This document shows, in pieces, positions 1 through 8,699 of a stretch of 64,000 nt of DNA (position 1 is the stretch's first letter; each line of letters begins with the position of its first letter). A model generated the notes under the pieces. That model saw only the letters and a program-made list of their open reading frames with translations, did not search any database and was not told where the DNA came from. The stretch is from Chthoniobacteraceae bacterium (GTDB lineage Bacteria; Verrucomicrobiota; Verrucomicrobiia; Chthoniobacterales; Chthoniobacteraceae). The DNA lies in assembly GCA_031409335.1 (NCBI GenBank), contig JANNWY010000170.1, positions 96,001 to 160,000 on the forward strand, given 5' to 3'. Position numbers and translations under genes: made by a program.

Positions 1-289
1 GCACGCCGTCGATCATTTTCATGATGCGCTCCACTTCACCGCCAAAATCCGCGTGGCCAGGTGTATCGACGATGTTGATGTGGTAGTCGTGCCAGCGAAA
101 CGCGGCGTTTTTTGCACGAATGGTGATGCCCTTTTCCCGCTCCAAATCCATCGAATCCATGATGCGCTCTTCGGAGGCTTTGGCTTCATTTGCGCGGAAG
201 GTGCCGGCCTGTTTGAGGAGGCAGTCAACGAGCGTGGTTTTACCGTGATCGACGTGTGCGATGATGGCGATGTTGCGAATGTGTTCCAT
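1..289 (-). CDS. typA: Translational GTPase TypA/BipA, 5' part (runs off the window)
   Basis: Not in the ORF track. The reverse strand from ATG 289 reads [22 protein letters not shown]...[18 protein letters not shown]...[18 protein letters not shown], giving G1/G2/G3 motifs with the TypA-type [10 protein letters not shown]. Confidence 0.93.
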   Translation of the reverse strand, partial: MEHIRNIAIIAHVDHGKTTLVDCLLKQAGTFRANEAKASEERIMDSMDLEREKGITIRAKNAAFRWHDYHINIVDTPGHADFGGEVERIMKMIDGV

Positions 290-416
290 GTCAGTTTCCG
301 GTAAAATTGTGGCGTGTTCGGCGCTCAAGGGGCGCGGAGTATAGGTGCGAAGCGGGCCGCGTCAACGGACGATGCGGGATATTGCGCCGGGATGTGAAGG
401 CGGTATCATTCCGGCC

Positions 417-1016
417 ATGACTGCCGAACGCGCTGCCGCACAACTGATGTCCGTGGAGGATTATTTGGAATGGGAGGAAACTCAGGAACAGCGTCACGAA
501 TACGTGGGGGGAATGGTTTACGCGATGGAGGCGATGGCGGGTGGGACGATCGATCATGCCGCAGTCTCCGCAAATTCGCTGATCGCCATCGGTGCGCGCC
601 TGCGCGGCAAAGCGTGTCGTCCGTTTGGCTCGGATTTGAAAGTGCGGATCGAACACCCAACGCACACCCGGTTCTACTATCCTGATTTGACGGTGATTTG
701 TGAACTGGGTGAGGGACAGGCTCGGTACCACGACAAACCGGCGGTCATCGTCAAGGTCGCGTCGGATTCCACCCGGCGGACCGACGAGTTGGAAAAGAAA
801 GACGCATATCTGTCGATTCCCTCCTTGAGCGTTTACATTCAGTTGGAGCAGGATGCGGCGGTGGCGGTGGTTTGGCGCCGCGGCGATGATGGGTTCGCAC
901 GGGAAACTTACTACGGCTTGGACGCAGTGGTTGGGCTACCGGAAATCGGCGCGGAGTTACCGCTGGCTGAGGCATACGAAGGGATGAACTTCCCGCCTCC
1001 GCCCACCGCGAAGTGA
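417..1016 (+). CDS. Uma2/DUF820 family restriction-endonuclease-like protein
   Basis: Motifs MSVEDYL..E...RHEYVGG, YPDLTV, S.ST...D..EK...Y..IPSL. Start ATG 417 preferred over 345. Confidence 0.88.
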   Translation: MTAERAAAQLMSVEDYLEWEETQEQRHEYVGGMVYAMEAMAGGTIDHAAVSANSLIAIGARLRGKACRPFGSDLKVRIEHPTHTRFYYPDLTVICELGEGQARYHDKPAVIVKVASDSTRRTDELEKKDAYLSIPSLSVYIQLEQDAAVAVVWRRGDDGFARETYYGLDAVVGLPEIGAELPLAEAYEGMNFPPPPTAK

Positions 1017-1035
1017 AACATTTTCCGCCCGCCCC

Positions 1036-1064
1036 TTGACCGCACGCGGAGCATCCCGTAACAA
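1036..1064 (+). promoter_or_regulatory. Putative sigma70 promoter for the small basic ORF
   Basis: TTGACC (1036-1041), 17-nt spacer, TAACAA (1059-1064), 24 nt upstream of ATG 1089. Confidence 0.5.
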
Positions 1065-1088
1065 ACCGGCCCTCACTCCAAAAAATTT

Positions 1089-1247
1089 ATGGGCCAGCAA
1101 ACAAACAAGATTCAGAAACGCCGCCGCCGTCTCGACTATCTCGAGCGCAAGAAGACCAAGTTGCTCACGGCTTCCGTGCGCAAGCCGATCAAGAAAAAAG
1201 CTCCCGCGAAGAAGAAGGCACCCGCGGCGGCTCCGGCGGCGGAGTAA
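1089..1247 (+). CDS. 52-aa Lys/Arg-rich small basic protein
   Basis: Not in the ORF track. Reads MGQQTNKIQKRRRRLDYLERKKTKLLTASVRKPIKKKAPAKKKAPAAAPAAE*. Fills the intergenic gap, with a promoter-like motif upstream and an inverted repeat downstream. Confidence 0.75.
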   Translation: MGQQTNKIQKRRRRLDYLERKKTKLLTASVRKPIKKKAPAKKKAPAAAPAAE

Positions 1248-1258
1248 GTGCCGTTCGT

Positions 1259-1310
1259 GATCGGTGAACGGAGCACGCTCCGGCTCTTCGTTTTTCATCG
1301 TTCACCGATC
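1259..1310. repeat. Inverted repeat / RNA hairpin after the small ORF
   Basis: GATCGGTGAACG (1259-1270) and CGTTCACCGATC (1299-1310) form a perfect 12-bp IR. Confidence 0.6.
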
Positions 1311-1321
1311 CCATCCGCCCC

Positions 1322-1753
1322 GTGCGCTATCTCCTCGTGGATGGCCACAGCGTCATCTTTGCGTGGGAGGATTTGCGGAAGATGCACGCGCGCCGCACGG
1401 CGTCGGCGCGGGATGAATTGATTCGTCGGCTCACGGCGTATCAGGACGCGACCAGTGTGCGGGTAGTCGCGGTTTTCGATGGGAAAGGCGATGCCGCAAA
1501 CGAGGCGAGCGAACCGGGCGGCATCCAGATTTTCTACAGCGGCGCGGGCCTGGACGCGGACGCGATCGTGGAGCGGCTCGTCGCGAAGTATGCGTCGCAG
1601 CACGAGATGTCCGTGGCGACGGACGACCACATGGAGCGGCAGACGGCGGAGACTTTCGGCGCGATCGCGATTTCGACGGATCACCTGCGCCTGCTGTTGA
1701 GCGACGCGGAGGGCGACCTCACGCGCCGCATCAAGCGGCACCGGCGGAAATAG
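1322..1753 (+). CDS. NYN-domain protein, YacP/Rae1-like ribonuclease
   Basis: YLLVDGHSVI, ARDELI..L..Y, VFDG, ADAIVERL, VATDD..E (PIN-like acidic residues). Confidence 0.85.
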   Translation: MRYLLVDGHSVIFAWEDLRKMHARRTASARDELIRRLTAYQDATSVRVVAVFDGKGDAANEASEPGGIQIFYSGAGLDADAIVERLVAKYASQHEMSVATDDHMERQTAETFGAIAISTDHLRLLLSDAEGDLTRRIKRHRRK

Positions 1754-1756
1754 AAA

Positions 1757-1794
1757 CGGCGGCCAGCTTTTGCCGCTGGCCGCCGCTTCGTTTT
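1757..1794. terminator. Intrinsic terminator between convergent NYN and mscL genes
   Basis: 11-bp stem CGGCGGCCAGC/GCTGGCCGCCG, 7-nt loop, followed by CTTCGTTTT; AAA on the left flank. Confidence 0.7.
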
Positions 1795-1812
1795 GAGAGG
1801 TAGGGACTTGTT

Positions 1813-2244
1813 TTAAGCCGGGCGTTTGCCGAGCAGATCGCGGATCTCGGTGAGGAGCTTCACGTCGGCTGGAATCTCGGCGACGGGCGCGGGTTTGGCC
1901 TCTTCCGTCTTCTTCATTTTGTTCATCGCCTTCACGAGCATGAAAATGCAGAAGGCGAGAATCGCGAAGTTGATGGCGATGGTGAGAAAGTTTCCGTAAG
2001 CGAAAGCTGGCCCGCTTGCCTTCGCGACGGCGAGCGAACTTCCCGACACGATCTTGTCGGAAAGCGGGAGGTATAGATTACTAAAATCGACGTTTCCGAT
2101 CAGCTTGCCGACGACCGGCATGATGAGGTCTTCGATGACGGAATTGACGATCTTGCCGAAGGCGCTGCCGATGATCACGCCGACCGCGAGATCGACGACA
2201 TTGCCCTTTAGGGCGAACTCTTTGAATTCTTGAACCATGCTCAT
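1813..2244 (-). CDS. mscL: Large-conductance mechanosensitive channel MscL
   Basis: [41 protein letters not shown]. Confidence 0.97.
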   Translation of the reverse strand: MSMVQEFKEFALKGNVVDLAVGVIIGSAFGKIVNSVIEDLIMPVVGKLIGNVDFSNLYLPLSDKIVSGSSLAVAKASGPAFAYGNFLTIAINFAILAFCIFMLVKAMNKMKKTEEAKPAPVAEIPADVKLLTEIRDLLGKRPA

Positions 2245-2389
2245 AGTTTTGATTTGTGTGATTTGTTGATATTTGGATTGGTTTTAGCAGGCCGACTTTT
2301 TGCCGACCTGTCCGCTTCTACGTATGGGACAGGAAAGTGGAAGCAAAACAATTTGCCGCTCGCGGCGAAGCGGTTACGGTCTGCGCCCC

Positions 2390-2842
2390 ATGTCTTTCCA
2401 AGAACGCATCGACAACGATTTGAAAGTAGCGATGAAGGCGCGGCAGGCCGAGCGGCTCAATGTTTTGCGGATGCTGAAAACCGCGCTCAAGAATCTGGCC
2501 ATTGAAAAGGAGGGTTTGAATTTTGTTTTAAGCGATGTGGACGCGCTGGCGGTCGTGCGGAAGGAGATGAAAAAGCGGCAGGATTCGATCGAGAGTTTTA
2601 CCAAAGGCAACCGGCCGGAACTCGCCGAGAAGGAAAAGGCGGAAGCGGAAATCCTCGCGGCGTATCTGCCGCAGGCACTTTCCGCGGATGAGCTGAAGGA
2701 TCTCGTCGCGGCAGCGATCACCGAAGCTGGCGCGACCTCAAAAGCGCAGATGGGCGCGGTGATGAAGATCGCCGTCGAGCGGTCGGCTGGCCGCGCGGAT
2801 GGCAAAGCTCTGAGCGCCGCAGTGGCCGCGGCGCTGGGTTAA
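2390..2842 (+). CDS. GatB/YqeY domain protein
   Basis: DLKVAMKA...RLNVLRMLK, KKRQDSIESF..GNR.ELAEKE, YLPQ.LS, MGAVMK...GRADGK. Confidence 0.92.
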   Translation: MSFQERIDNDLKVAMKARQAERLNVLRMLKTALKNLAIEKEGLNFVLSDVDALAVVRKEMKKRQDSIESFTKGNRPELAEKEKAEAEILAAYLPQALSADELKDLVAAAITEAGATSKAQMGAVMKIAVERSAGRADGKALSAAVAAALG

Positions 2843-2855
2843 TTCATCAATATAC

Positions 2856-3575
2856 ATGGTCTCCGCCATCATCGTCGCCGCCGGCAGCAGCCGCCGCATG
2901 GGCTTTGACAAGCTCTTCACGCCGCTCGCCGGAAAGCCGGTGATCTGGCACTCACTCAAGGCTTTCTCCGACTGCCGCGACATCGACGAGATCGTGATCG
3001 TGGCCCGCGAGGATCGGCTGGGTGAATTTGAAAGGCTGCTCGCGGGGGAAAAAATGCCCAAGGTGACAAAGCTCATCGCGGGCGGAAACGAGCGGCATGA
3101 TTCCGTGTGGAATGGCCTCCAGTCCGTCGCGAGCGAAGGCTGCCAGTTCGTCGTGATTCACGACGGCGCGCGCCCGCTCACCACGCCAAAGCTCATCTGC
3201 GCCGTGCTCGACATGGCGCGCACCCACGGCGCTGCGTGCTGTGCATCACCCATCCCCGACACGGTGAAGCGCGCGAGCGTCGAGCAGATGGTGCAGGAAA
3301 GCGTGGAGCGCACGGGGCTCTGGGCGATGCAGACGCCGCAGGTCTTTTCCGCAGGCCTGATCCTCCAAGCCTACGCCTCCGTGATGGCGAAACGCGAACT
3401 CGTGACCGACGAAGTCTCCGCTGTGCAGAAGCTTGGAAAAAAAATCGCGCTCTACAAAAACGAAGACTGGAATTTTAAGATCACCTTTCCGCATGACATC
3501 GAGCTCGCCGAGCATGTGCTCGGGCTGCGCGCGGCGAAAAAATCAACGAAGTCTGCTAAATCGGATGCAAGATAG
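2856..3575 (+). CDS. ispD: 2-C-methyl-D-erythritol 4-phosphate cytidylyltransferase
   Basis: AAGSSRRMG.DK, GG.ERHDSV.NGL, IHDGARP, DTVK, QTPQVF, TDE, NFKITFP.D. Confidence 0.95.
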   Translation: MVSAIIVAAGSSRRMGFDKLFTPLAGKPVIWHSLKAFSDCRDIDEIVIVAREDRLGEFERLLAGEKMPKVTKLIAGGNERHDSVWNGLQSVASEGCQFVVIHDGARPLTTPKLICAVLDMARTHGAACCASPIPDTVKRASVEQMVQESVERTGLWAMQTPQVFSAGLILQAYASVMAKRELVTDEVSAVQKLGKKIALYKNEDWNFKITFPHDIELAEHVLGLRAAKKSTKSAKSDAR

Positions 3576-3599
3576 GGATTGAGAGTGGAGACTCCACAC

Positions 3600-3669
3600 T
3601 CCTGATCTTGCTCCTGCTCTTGATCTTGATGCTTTCGGCTTTGGATCAAGATCAAGAGCAAGATCAGGA
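3600..3669. repeat. Hexamer-built intergenic palindrome, copy 1
   Basis: Left arm TCCT-GATCTT-GCTCCT-GCTCTT-GATCTT-GAT, right arm ATCAAGATCAAGAGCAAGATCAGGA. The arms are complementary except for one extra hexamer on the left. Confidence 0.8.
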
Positions 3670-3690
3670 TGAAGAAAATTGAACGCCTAA

Positions 3691-4959
3691 ATGGATTACC
3701 CTTACCAAGTCACCGCGCTGCCCAATGGCTGCCGGATCGCCTCATTCGACATGCCGCACATGCGCAGCGTCTCCGTGGGCTTTTGGGCGGCGGTCGGCGG
3801 CAGGCATGAGACTGCGGAAGTCAGTGGCATCTCGCACTTCATCGAGCACCTGCTTTTCAAAGGCACACGCCAGCGCTCGGCAAAGGAAATCAGCGAGCAG
3901 ATCGAAGGCGTCGGCGGATACATCAATGCCTTCACCACCGAGGATCACACGTGCTACTACGCCAAGGCTGCGGTGCAGCATTTCGAGCGGCTGTGCGATG
4001 TGCTCGGCGACATGTACCGGCACAGTGTTTTCGCGAAGCAGGAGATCGAAAAAGAGCGCGATGTCGTGCGCGAGGAAATCCTGATGTATCGCGACAATCC
4101 CGCGCAGCACGCGCAGGAAATCCTCACCCAAACCATGTGGCCCGGCCACGCGCTCGGGCGTCCACTCACCGGCACGGTCGAGACGATTGGCGCATTTCAG
4201 CGCGCGCAGCTTTTGGAATATCAGCACCGGACCTACGTCGGGCGCACCACCATCGTCGCCATCGCCGGCCCGCTGCGGCACGAGCGCGTGTTGGAAATCC
4301 TCACGCCGATCCTGCAGCGCATCCCGGCGGGACGCACCCCGCGCTTCAGCCGCGCGCGCCTCCGCGAAGGCCCCGCCCGCGTCTCGCTCGTCACGCAGGA
4401 CACTGAGCAAACCCATCTCGCCATGGGCTTCCACGCATTCGGCCGGCGCGACGAACGCCGCTTCGCGCTCAAGCTCCTCAGCGTCATCCTCGGCGAAAAC
4501 ATGAGCTCGCGCCTTTTCCAAAAACTCCGCGAAGAACGCGGCTACTGCTACAGCGTGCAGACCAGCACCGTCACCCTCGAAGACGCCGGCGCCTTTTCCC
4601 TCTACGCCGGGCTCGACCCGAAAAATCTCAAACGCGCCGTCCGCCTCATCCTCCGCGAGCTCGAGAACATCTGCCGCAAAAAACCCGGCAAAGAGGAACT
4701 CCGCCAAGCCCAGGACTACACCATCGGCCAAACCTTGATGGGTCTCGAAAGCACCACCAACCAAATGATGTGGATGGGCGAAAGCCTCCTCAGCTACCGC
4801 CACGTCCTCAATCCCACCGAAATCGAGCACCGCATCCAGGCCGTCACACCGGAGGAAGTGCAACGCTGCGCCTGCCACTGCCTAAATCGCGGACGCCTCG
4901 GAGTTGCCGTCGTCGGCCCAATGAAGGAACCCCGCGAGATCGAAGGCTGGCTCGCGTAG
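3691..4959 (+). CDS. M16 family (pitrilysin-like) zinc peptidase
   Basis: Inverted zincin HFIEH, NAFT..D.T.YY, SSRLFQKLREERG.CY. Confidence 0.93.
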   Translation: MDYPYQVTALPNGCRIASFDMPHMRSVSVGFWAAVGGRHETAEVSGISHFIEHLLFKGTRQRSAKEISEQIEGVGGYINAFTTEDHTCYYAKAAVQHFERLCDVLGDMYRHSVFAKQEIEKERDVVREEILMYRDNPAQHAQEILTQTMWPGHALGRPLTGTVETIGAFQRAQLLEYQHRTYVGRTTIVAIAGPLRHERVLEILTPILQRIPAGRTPRFSRARLREGPARVSLVTQDTEQTHLAMGFHAFGRRDERRFALKLLSVILGENMSSRLFQKLREERGYCYSVQTSTVTLEDAGAFSLYAGLDPKNLKRAVRLILRELENICRKKPGKEELRQAQDYTIGQTLMGLESTTNQMMWMGESLLSYRHVLNPTEIEHRIQAVTPEEVQRCACHCLNRGRLGVAVVGPMKEPREIEGWLA

Positions 4960-5092
4960 CGATCGGGTTTTGAACCGATGTGGGTAGGTTCGGTGGGATG
5001 AAAAATGGTGCAAGCTGGCAAGGCGGCAGTCTGCGAACGCGCCCGAACCTCGGACCCGGAAAATTACAAATCGGCACGATGGGCAGCATCAC

Positions 5093-6415
5093 TCACCCGT
5101 CGATTTTCCAGCCGTCGCGATACGGCCGTGTGAGCAGGCGTTCGGCGGCTGGATTGTTCGGAATGCGGAATGCGGCGGCGTCCCACGTCAGCTCCGCGCC
5201 GGGGGCGCGCGCGGCCACATTGCCGAGTTGCACCGATTCGTTCAGCGGGCCCGCGTAGTGGAAACCGTCGCTCGTGCGCACATTTTCGAGCACACCATCG
5301 ACCCAGCGGTGGTAATGATTCGCGCCGGGTACTTTCTCGATGGTGAAGGAGGAAAACTTTTCCCCGGGATACAGCTTCGGCATTCCCACATGCGGCAGAA
5401 CCATCGTGCCGCCTTCGCCGATGAAGAGCGATCCCGCGCCGGGCAGTTTCGTGTCGTCGCGCATTTGCGCGAGCGCGATGTCGGGCTGGCGTCCGCCGTC
5501 GTACCACGTGAGCGGCAGCCTGTCGTCCGCGGTGAATTTTGTGCCCGGAAAAATATAGAAGACGGTCGCCGCATCCGGCCAGGTCTGTGAGTTCACGGCA
5601 TCGCTATCCGCGCGCACGGTGAGCGGCGCGGTGAGTTCGAGCGCGGTGAAAACGGGGTCGAGAATGTGGCAGCCGAAATCGCCGAGCGCGCCGCTGCCAA
5701 AGTCCTGCCAGTCGCGCCAGTTAAACGGGTGATACATTTTCGGCGCGAAGTCGCGCATCGGCGCGGTGCCGATCCACGAATCCCACGCGAGCGTCGCCGG
5801 CACAGGACCGGCCGGTGGCAGCGCAGTGAGGCCGGTGTATTGATTCCCGCGATTCCCGATCCACGAATGCACTGCCTTGATTTTCCCGATCGCACCGTCG
5901 CGGATCAGCTTCACGCCAGTGCGATATTCGCTCGCGCTGTGGATCTGATTTCCCATCTGCGTGATGACTTTGGACTTGTCCGCCTGGAGCCGCATCTGGC
6001 GCGATTCCCAGACGGTGTGCGTCAGCGGTTTCTGGCAATAGACATGTTTCCCGCGCCGCATCGCATCGAGCGCGATGAAGGCGTGCATGTGATCTGGCGT
6101 GGAAACCTGCACCGCGTCGAGCGAGTCGCCGAGCTTCGCAAACATCTCGCGGAAATCCTGGAAGTGCGGGATGCCGGAAAACTTTTTGTCCGCCCCGTCG
6201 AAGCGCGCGGTATCGACATCGCAGAAGCCAACGAATTGCACGCGCGAATGTGACCCGATTTCAACGAGATCGGAAAGCCCCTGCCCATTCGCACCGACGA
6301 CGCCGACTTGCAGTTTCCCGTTCGCATTCACGCTGCGGACGATGTTTGGAAAAGCCATCGCGCCGAGCGAGCCAGCGGCGGTGCGACAGAGGAAGGAACG
6401 ACGGGTGATGCGCAT
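5093..6415 (-). CDS. Tat-exported Gfo/Idh/MocA family oxidoreductase
   Basis: MRITRRSFL Tat motif, VSTPDH.H, GKHVYCQKP, WR.W.DFGSGALGDFGCH..D. Confidence 0.9.
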   Translation of the reverse strand: MRITRRSFLCRTAAGSLGAMAFPNIVRSVNANGKLQVGVVGANGQGLSDLVEIGSHSRVQFVGFCDVDTARFDGADKKFSGIPHFQDFREMFAKLGDSLDAVQVSTPDHMHAFIALDAMRRGKHVYCQKPLTHTVWESRQMRLQADKSKVITQMGNQIHSASEYRTGVKLIRDGAIGKIKAVHSWIGNRGNQYTGLTALPPAGPVPATLAWDSWIGTAPMRDFAPKMYHPFNWRDWQDFGSGALGDFGCHILDPVFTALELTAPLTVRADSDAVNSQTWPDAATVFYIFPGTKFTADDRLPLTWYDGGRQPDIALAQMRDDTKLPGAGSLFIGEGGTMVLPHVGMPKLYPGEKFSSFTIEKVPGANHYHRWVDGVLENVRTSDGFHYAGPLNESVQLGNVAARAPGAELTWDAAAFRIPNNPAAERLLTRPYRDGWKIDG

Positions 6416-6553
6416 GGGAGTGTGGGAGTGAATGTGGAACTGCGGGGCGCGGGCAAACTTAGTGATGACGAGCGCGCCTCCAGAAATCTGACGCATTCGC
6501 AAAGTGCGCCCGCGGCGTCCGTTCAAAACTCCGCAACGCCGGCGCGGCGACGC

Positions 6554-7513
6554 TCAGAACACGACCGGCTCGCCTTCCGTCATCATGAAGATGCGGTCGC
6601 GGATGCCGTGGTGTTTCGCGCAGGCGAGCAGCCGCTCCGGCGGCTCGTGCAGCGGCTCATAGCTGAGGCGGAAACTGCCGTAGTGCATCGGCACCATGCG
6701 CTGCGCGCCGAGGTCCATGAATGCCTGGATTGCCTCCTCGGGATTCATGTGAACGTCGCGGCCGGTCGGCGGCTCGTACGCGCCGATGGGCAGCAGCGCG
6801 AGGTCGATCGAGTGGCGCCGGCCGATCTCCTCGAAGCCCTCGAAATATGCCGTGTCACCGCAGTGAAAAATCGTGCGCCCGCCGGCCTCGATGATGAATC
6901 CGCCGAAGCCGCGATGCGAATCGTGCAGCACGCGCGCGCCCCAATGATGGCAGGGCGTGAGCGTGATCTTCAGCGGCCCGAGATCGAACGTCTCCCAATA
7001 GTGCAGCTCGTGGACGCTCTTGAAGCCGAGATCGTGGACCAGATTGCCCACTTCAAATGGCACGACGATCGGCTGATCCGCGGCGACGGCGCGCAGTGTT
7101 TTCCGATCGAGGTGATCGAAGTGCGCGTGCGTCACGAGCACGAGGTCGATGTCCGGCAGATCGTGCAATTTCACGCCGGGATGCCGCACCCGCTTCACGA
7201 CTTTCAGCCACTTCGCCCAGTTCGGATCGACCAGCAGATTGTGCCCGCGCGTTTGCAGGAGAAAGGACGCGTGGCCGATCCACGTCAGGCAAATCTCGCC
7301 ATCCTTCAGCTCGGGCCAGTCCGGCTTCGCGTGAATGCCGGCGCGTTTCGTAAAAATCGAGGGCAGCCACACTTCGGTGAAAAAGTTCCGCCGATGCCAG
7401 CCGTTCTTCGGCGCAAGCCCGATTTTTTTCGCCTTGTGCGGCTTCGGGTCGTCGTGCGCCGACTTGGTGATCGCGGCCTTTGGCTTGGATTTGTTGCGGA
7501 ACGGATTCGGCAC
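6554..7513 (-). CDS. MBL-fold metallo-hydrolase (NAPE-PLD/RomA-like)
   Basis: TWIGHASF, THAHFDHLD, GDTAY, LPIGAYEP, HMNPEEA, PMHYG. Start uncertain (GTG 7513 chosen). Confidence 0.88.
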   Translation of the reverse strand: MPNPFRNKSKPKAAITKSAHDDPKPHKAKKIGLAPKNGWHRRNFFTEVWLPSIFTKRAGIHAKPDWPELKDGEICLTWIGHASFLLQTRGHNLLVDPNWAKWLKVVKRVRHPGVKLHDLPDIDLVLVTHAHFDHLDRKTLRAVAADQPIVVPFEVGNLVHDLGFKSVHELHYWETFDLGPLKITLTPCHHWGARVLHDSHRGFGGFIIEAGGRTIFHCGDTAYFEGFEEIGRRHSIDLALLPIGAYEPPTGRDVHMNPEEAIQAFMDLGAQRMVPMHYGSFRLSYEPLHEPPERLLACAKHHGIRDRIFMMTEGEPVVF

Positions 7514-7600
7514 GGGGCACGACTGTATGCGGCGATGTTCGGCAGGCAAAACATTCGTGCGGTGCTTGCATGGAATGATCACGCCGGGTGCAATGCGCGG

Positions 7601-8137
7601 GTGCCGCCGAAAGCTGACTTGCGACTCGAAATGAAACAACGCATCCGCGCGCTCGATCCGGAGGTGCGCGCGCTGGCTTCGGAAAAAATCCGCCGCGCCA
7701 TCGTCCTCGATGATGCGTGGAAAGCGGCGCGTCTCATCGCCGCGTTTCTGCCGCTGCCGGGCGAGCCGCAGATCGCGCCGCTATGGGAAATGGCGGCGGT
7801 CTGCATTCCGCGGGTTCGCGGGGAAAGCTGCGATCTCGTTTTGCTGCCGCGCGGCGTTTCCACCGATTGGCGGCTCGCTGGCGCGGAGTTCGACGCGCTG
7901 CCCGCCGTCGATCCCGCGCGCGTCGATCTCATCCTGGTTCCCGGCCTCGCTTTCACCACGGATGGGCTGCGGCTCGGTCGCGGTGGCGGATACTACGATC
8001 GACTGCTCGCCAGCCTCCCGCCGCGCACCCGCAGGATCGGCGTCTGTTTTGCCACGCAGATCGTCGCAACGCTGCCAACCGAACCGCACGATCAGCGGGT
8101 CGCACGCGTCGTCACGGAACTAAGCGACATTGCGTGA
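7601..8137 (+). CDS. 5-formyltetrahydrofolate cyclo-ligase
   Basis: K..LR..M N-terminus, DLILVPGLAF...G.RLGRGGGYYDRLL, EPHD. This is the C-terminal part of track ORF 6308..8137. Confidence 0.9.
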   Translation: MPPKADLRLEMKQRIRALDPEVRALASEKIRRAIVLDDAWKAARLIAAFLPLPGEPQIAPLWEMAAVCIPRVRGESCDLVLLPRGVSTDWRLAGAEFDALPAVDPARVDLILVPGLAFTTDGLRLGRGGGYYDRLLASLPPRTRRIGVCFATQIVATLPTEPHDQRVARVVTELSDIA

Positions 8138-8512
8138 CGGCACGCGCATTTCAAACGCCGGGATGCGCGTGAACACGGCCTCGCCGGTGTCGGTGGTTCC
8201 GAGAAACGCGCCCTCCGCGATGCTGTCCGACGCGATGACGTGGTAGCTGTTATAGGAGAAATGTTCGCCCGTTTGAATGTGCGGAAACTGCCCGACGACG
8301 CCATCGCCCTCGACCACGATGCGCTGATCCTCGGCATCCGTGACGACCCACTTGCGACCCTTGATCTGCACGGCCTGCGGCGAATCGTTGTGGATCGAAA
8401 TGAAATAGACGAACGGGTATGGTCGCTCCTCCGGCGCGTCGAGTTGGGGCATGAAAACGACGCGGTCGATAGTGACCCTGAGTCCTTCGAGTTCGCGGAT
8501 CGCGGTGGACAT
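8120..8512 (-). CDS. apaG: ApaG family protein
   Basis: YPFVYFISIHN, RKWVVTD, VEGDGVVGQFP....GE.FSYNSY. Start ATG 8512; the upstream extension is repeat-derived. Confidence 0.9.
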   Translation of the reverse strand: MSTAIRELEGLRVTIDRVVFMPQLDAPEERPYPFVYFISIHNDSPQAVQIKGRKWVVTDAEDQRIVVEGDGVVGQFPHIQTGEHFSYNSYHVIASDSIAEGAFLGTTDTGEAVFTRIPAFEMRVPSRNVA

Positions 8513-8566
8513 TTGCGGGGAGGTTAAGCGCGCGAAGCCTGAATCACAATCCCGCTGCTGCTCCGA

Positions 8567-8642
8567 ATCTTGATCGTGCTCCTGCTCTTGATCCTGATCC
8601 ATCCGGCGGAAAGAAGATCAAGAGCAGGAGCACGATCAAGAT
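8567..8642. repeat. Hexamer-built intergenic palindrome, copy 2
   Basis: Perfect 27-bp IR ATCTTGATCGTGCTCCTGCTCTTGATC (8567-8593) / 8616-8642, built from the same hexamers as 3600-3669. Confidence 0.85.
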
Positions 8643-8699
8643 CACGAAGAATTGCTGAATGTTTTCCATGTGCGCCGAGTCTCATCCCGCAGCCCCACT

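Noticed and set aside
53..304. 83-aa plus-strand ORF in the track
   Set aside because: Antisense shadow of typA, whose GTPase motifs are clear on the minus strand.
3452..3661. ORFs or extensions with DQEQEQ low-complexity sequence (also 8513-8602)
   Set aside because: These are translations of the hexamer palindromes, not credible coding sequence.
6308..7600. Apparent 609-aa fusion protein ending in 5-formyl-THF cyclo-ligase
   Set aside because: The N-terminal ~430 codons are mostly the stop-free antisense of the MBL hydrolase gene; only 7601-8137 has family motifs.
7514..7600. 6S RNA upstream of the cyclo-ligase (common linkage elsewhere)
   Set aside because: The gap is under 90 bp, too short for 6S RNA, and shows no long hairpin.
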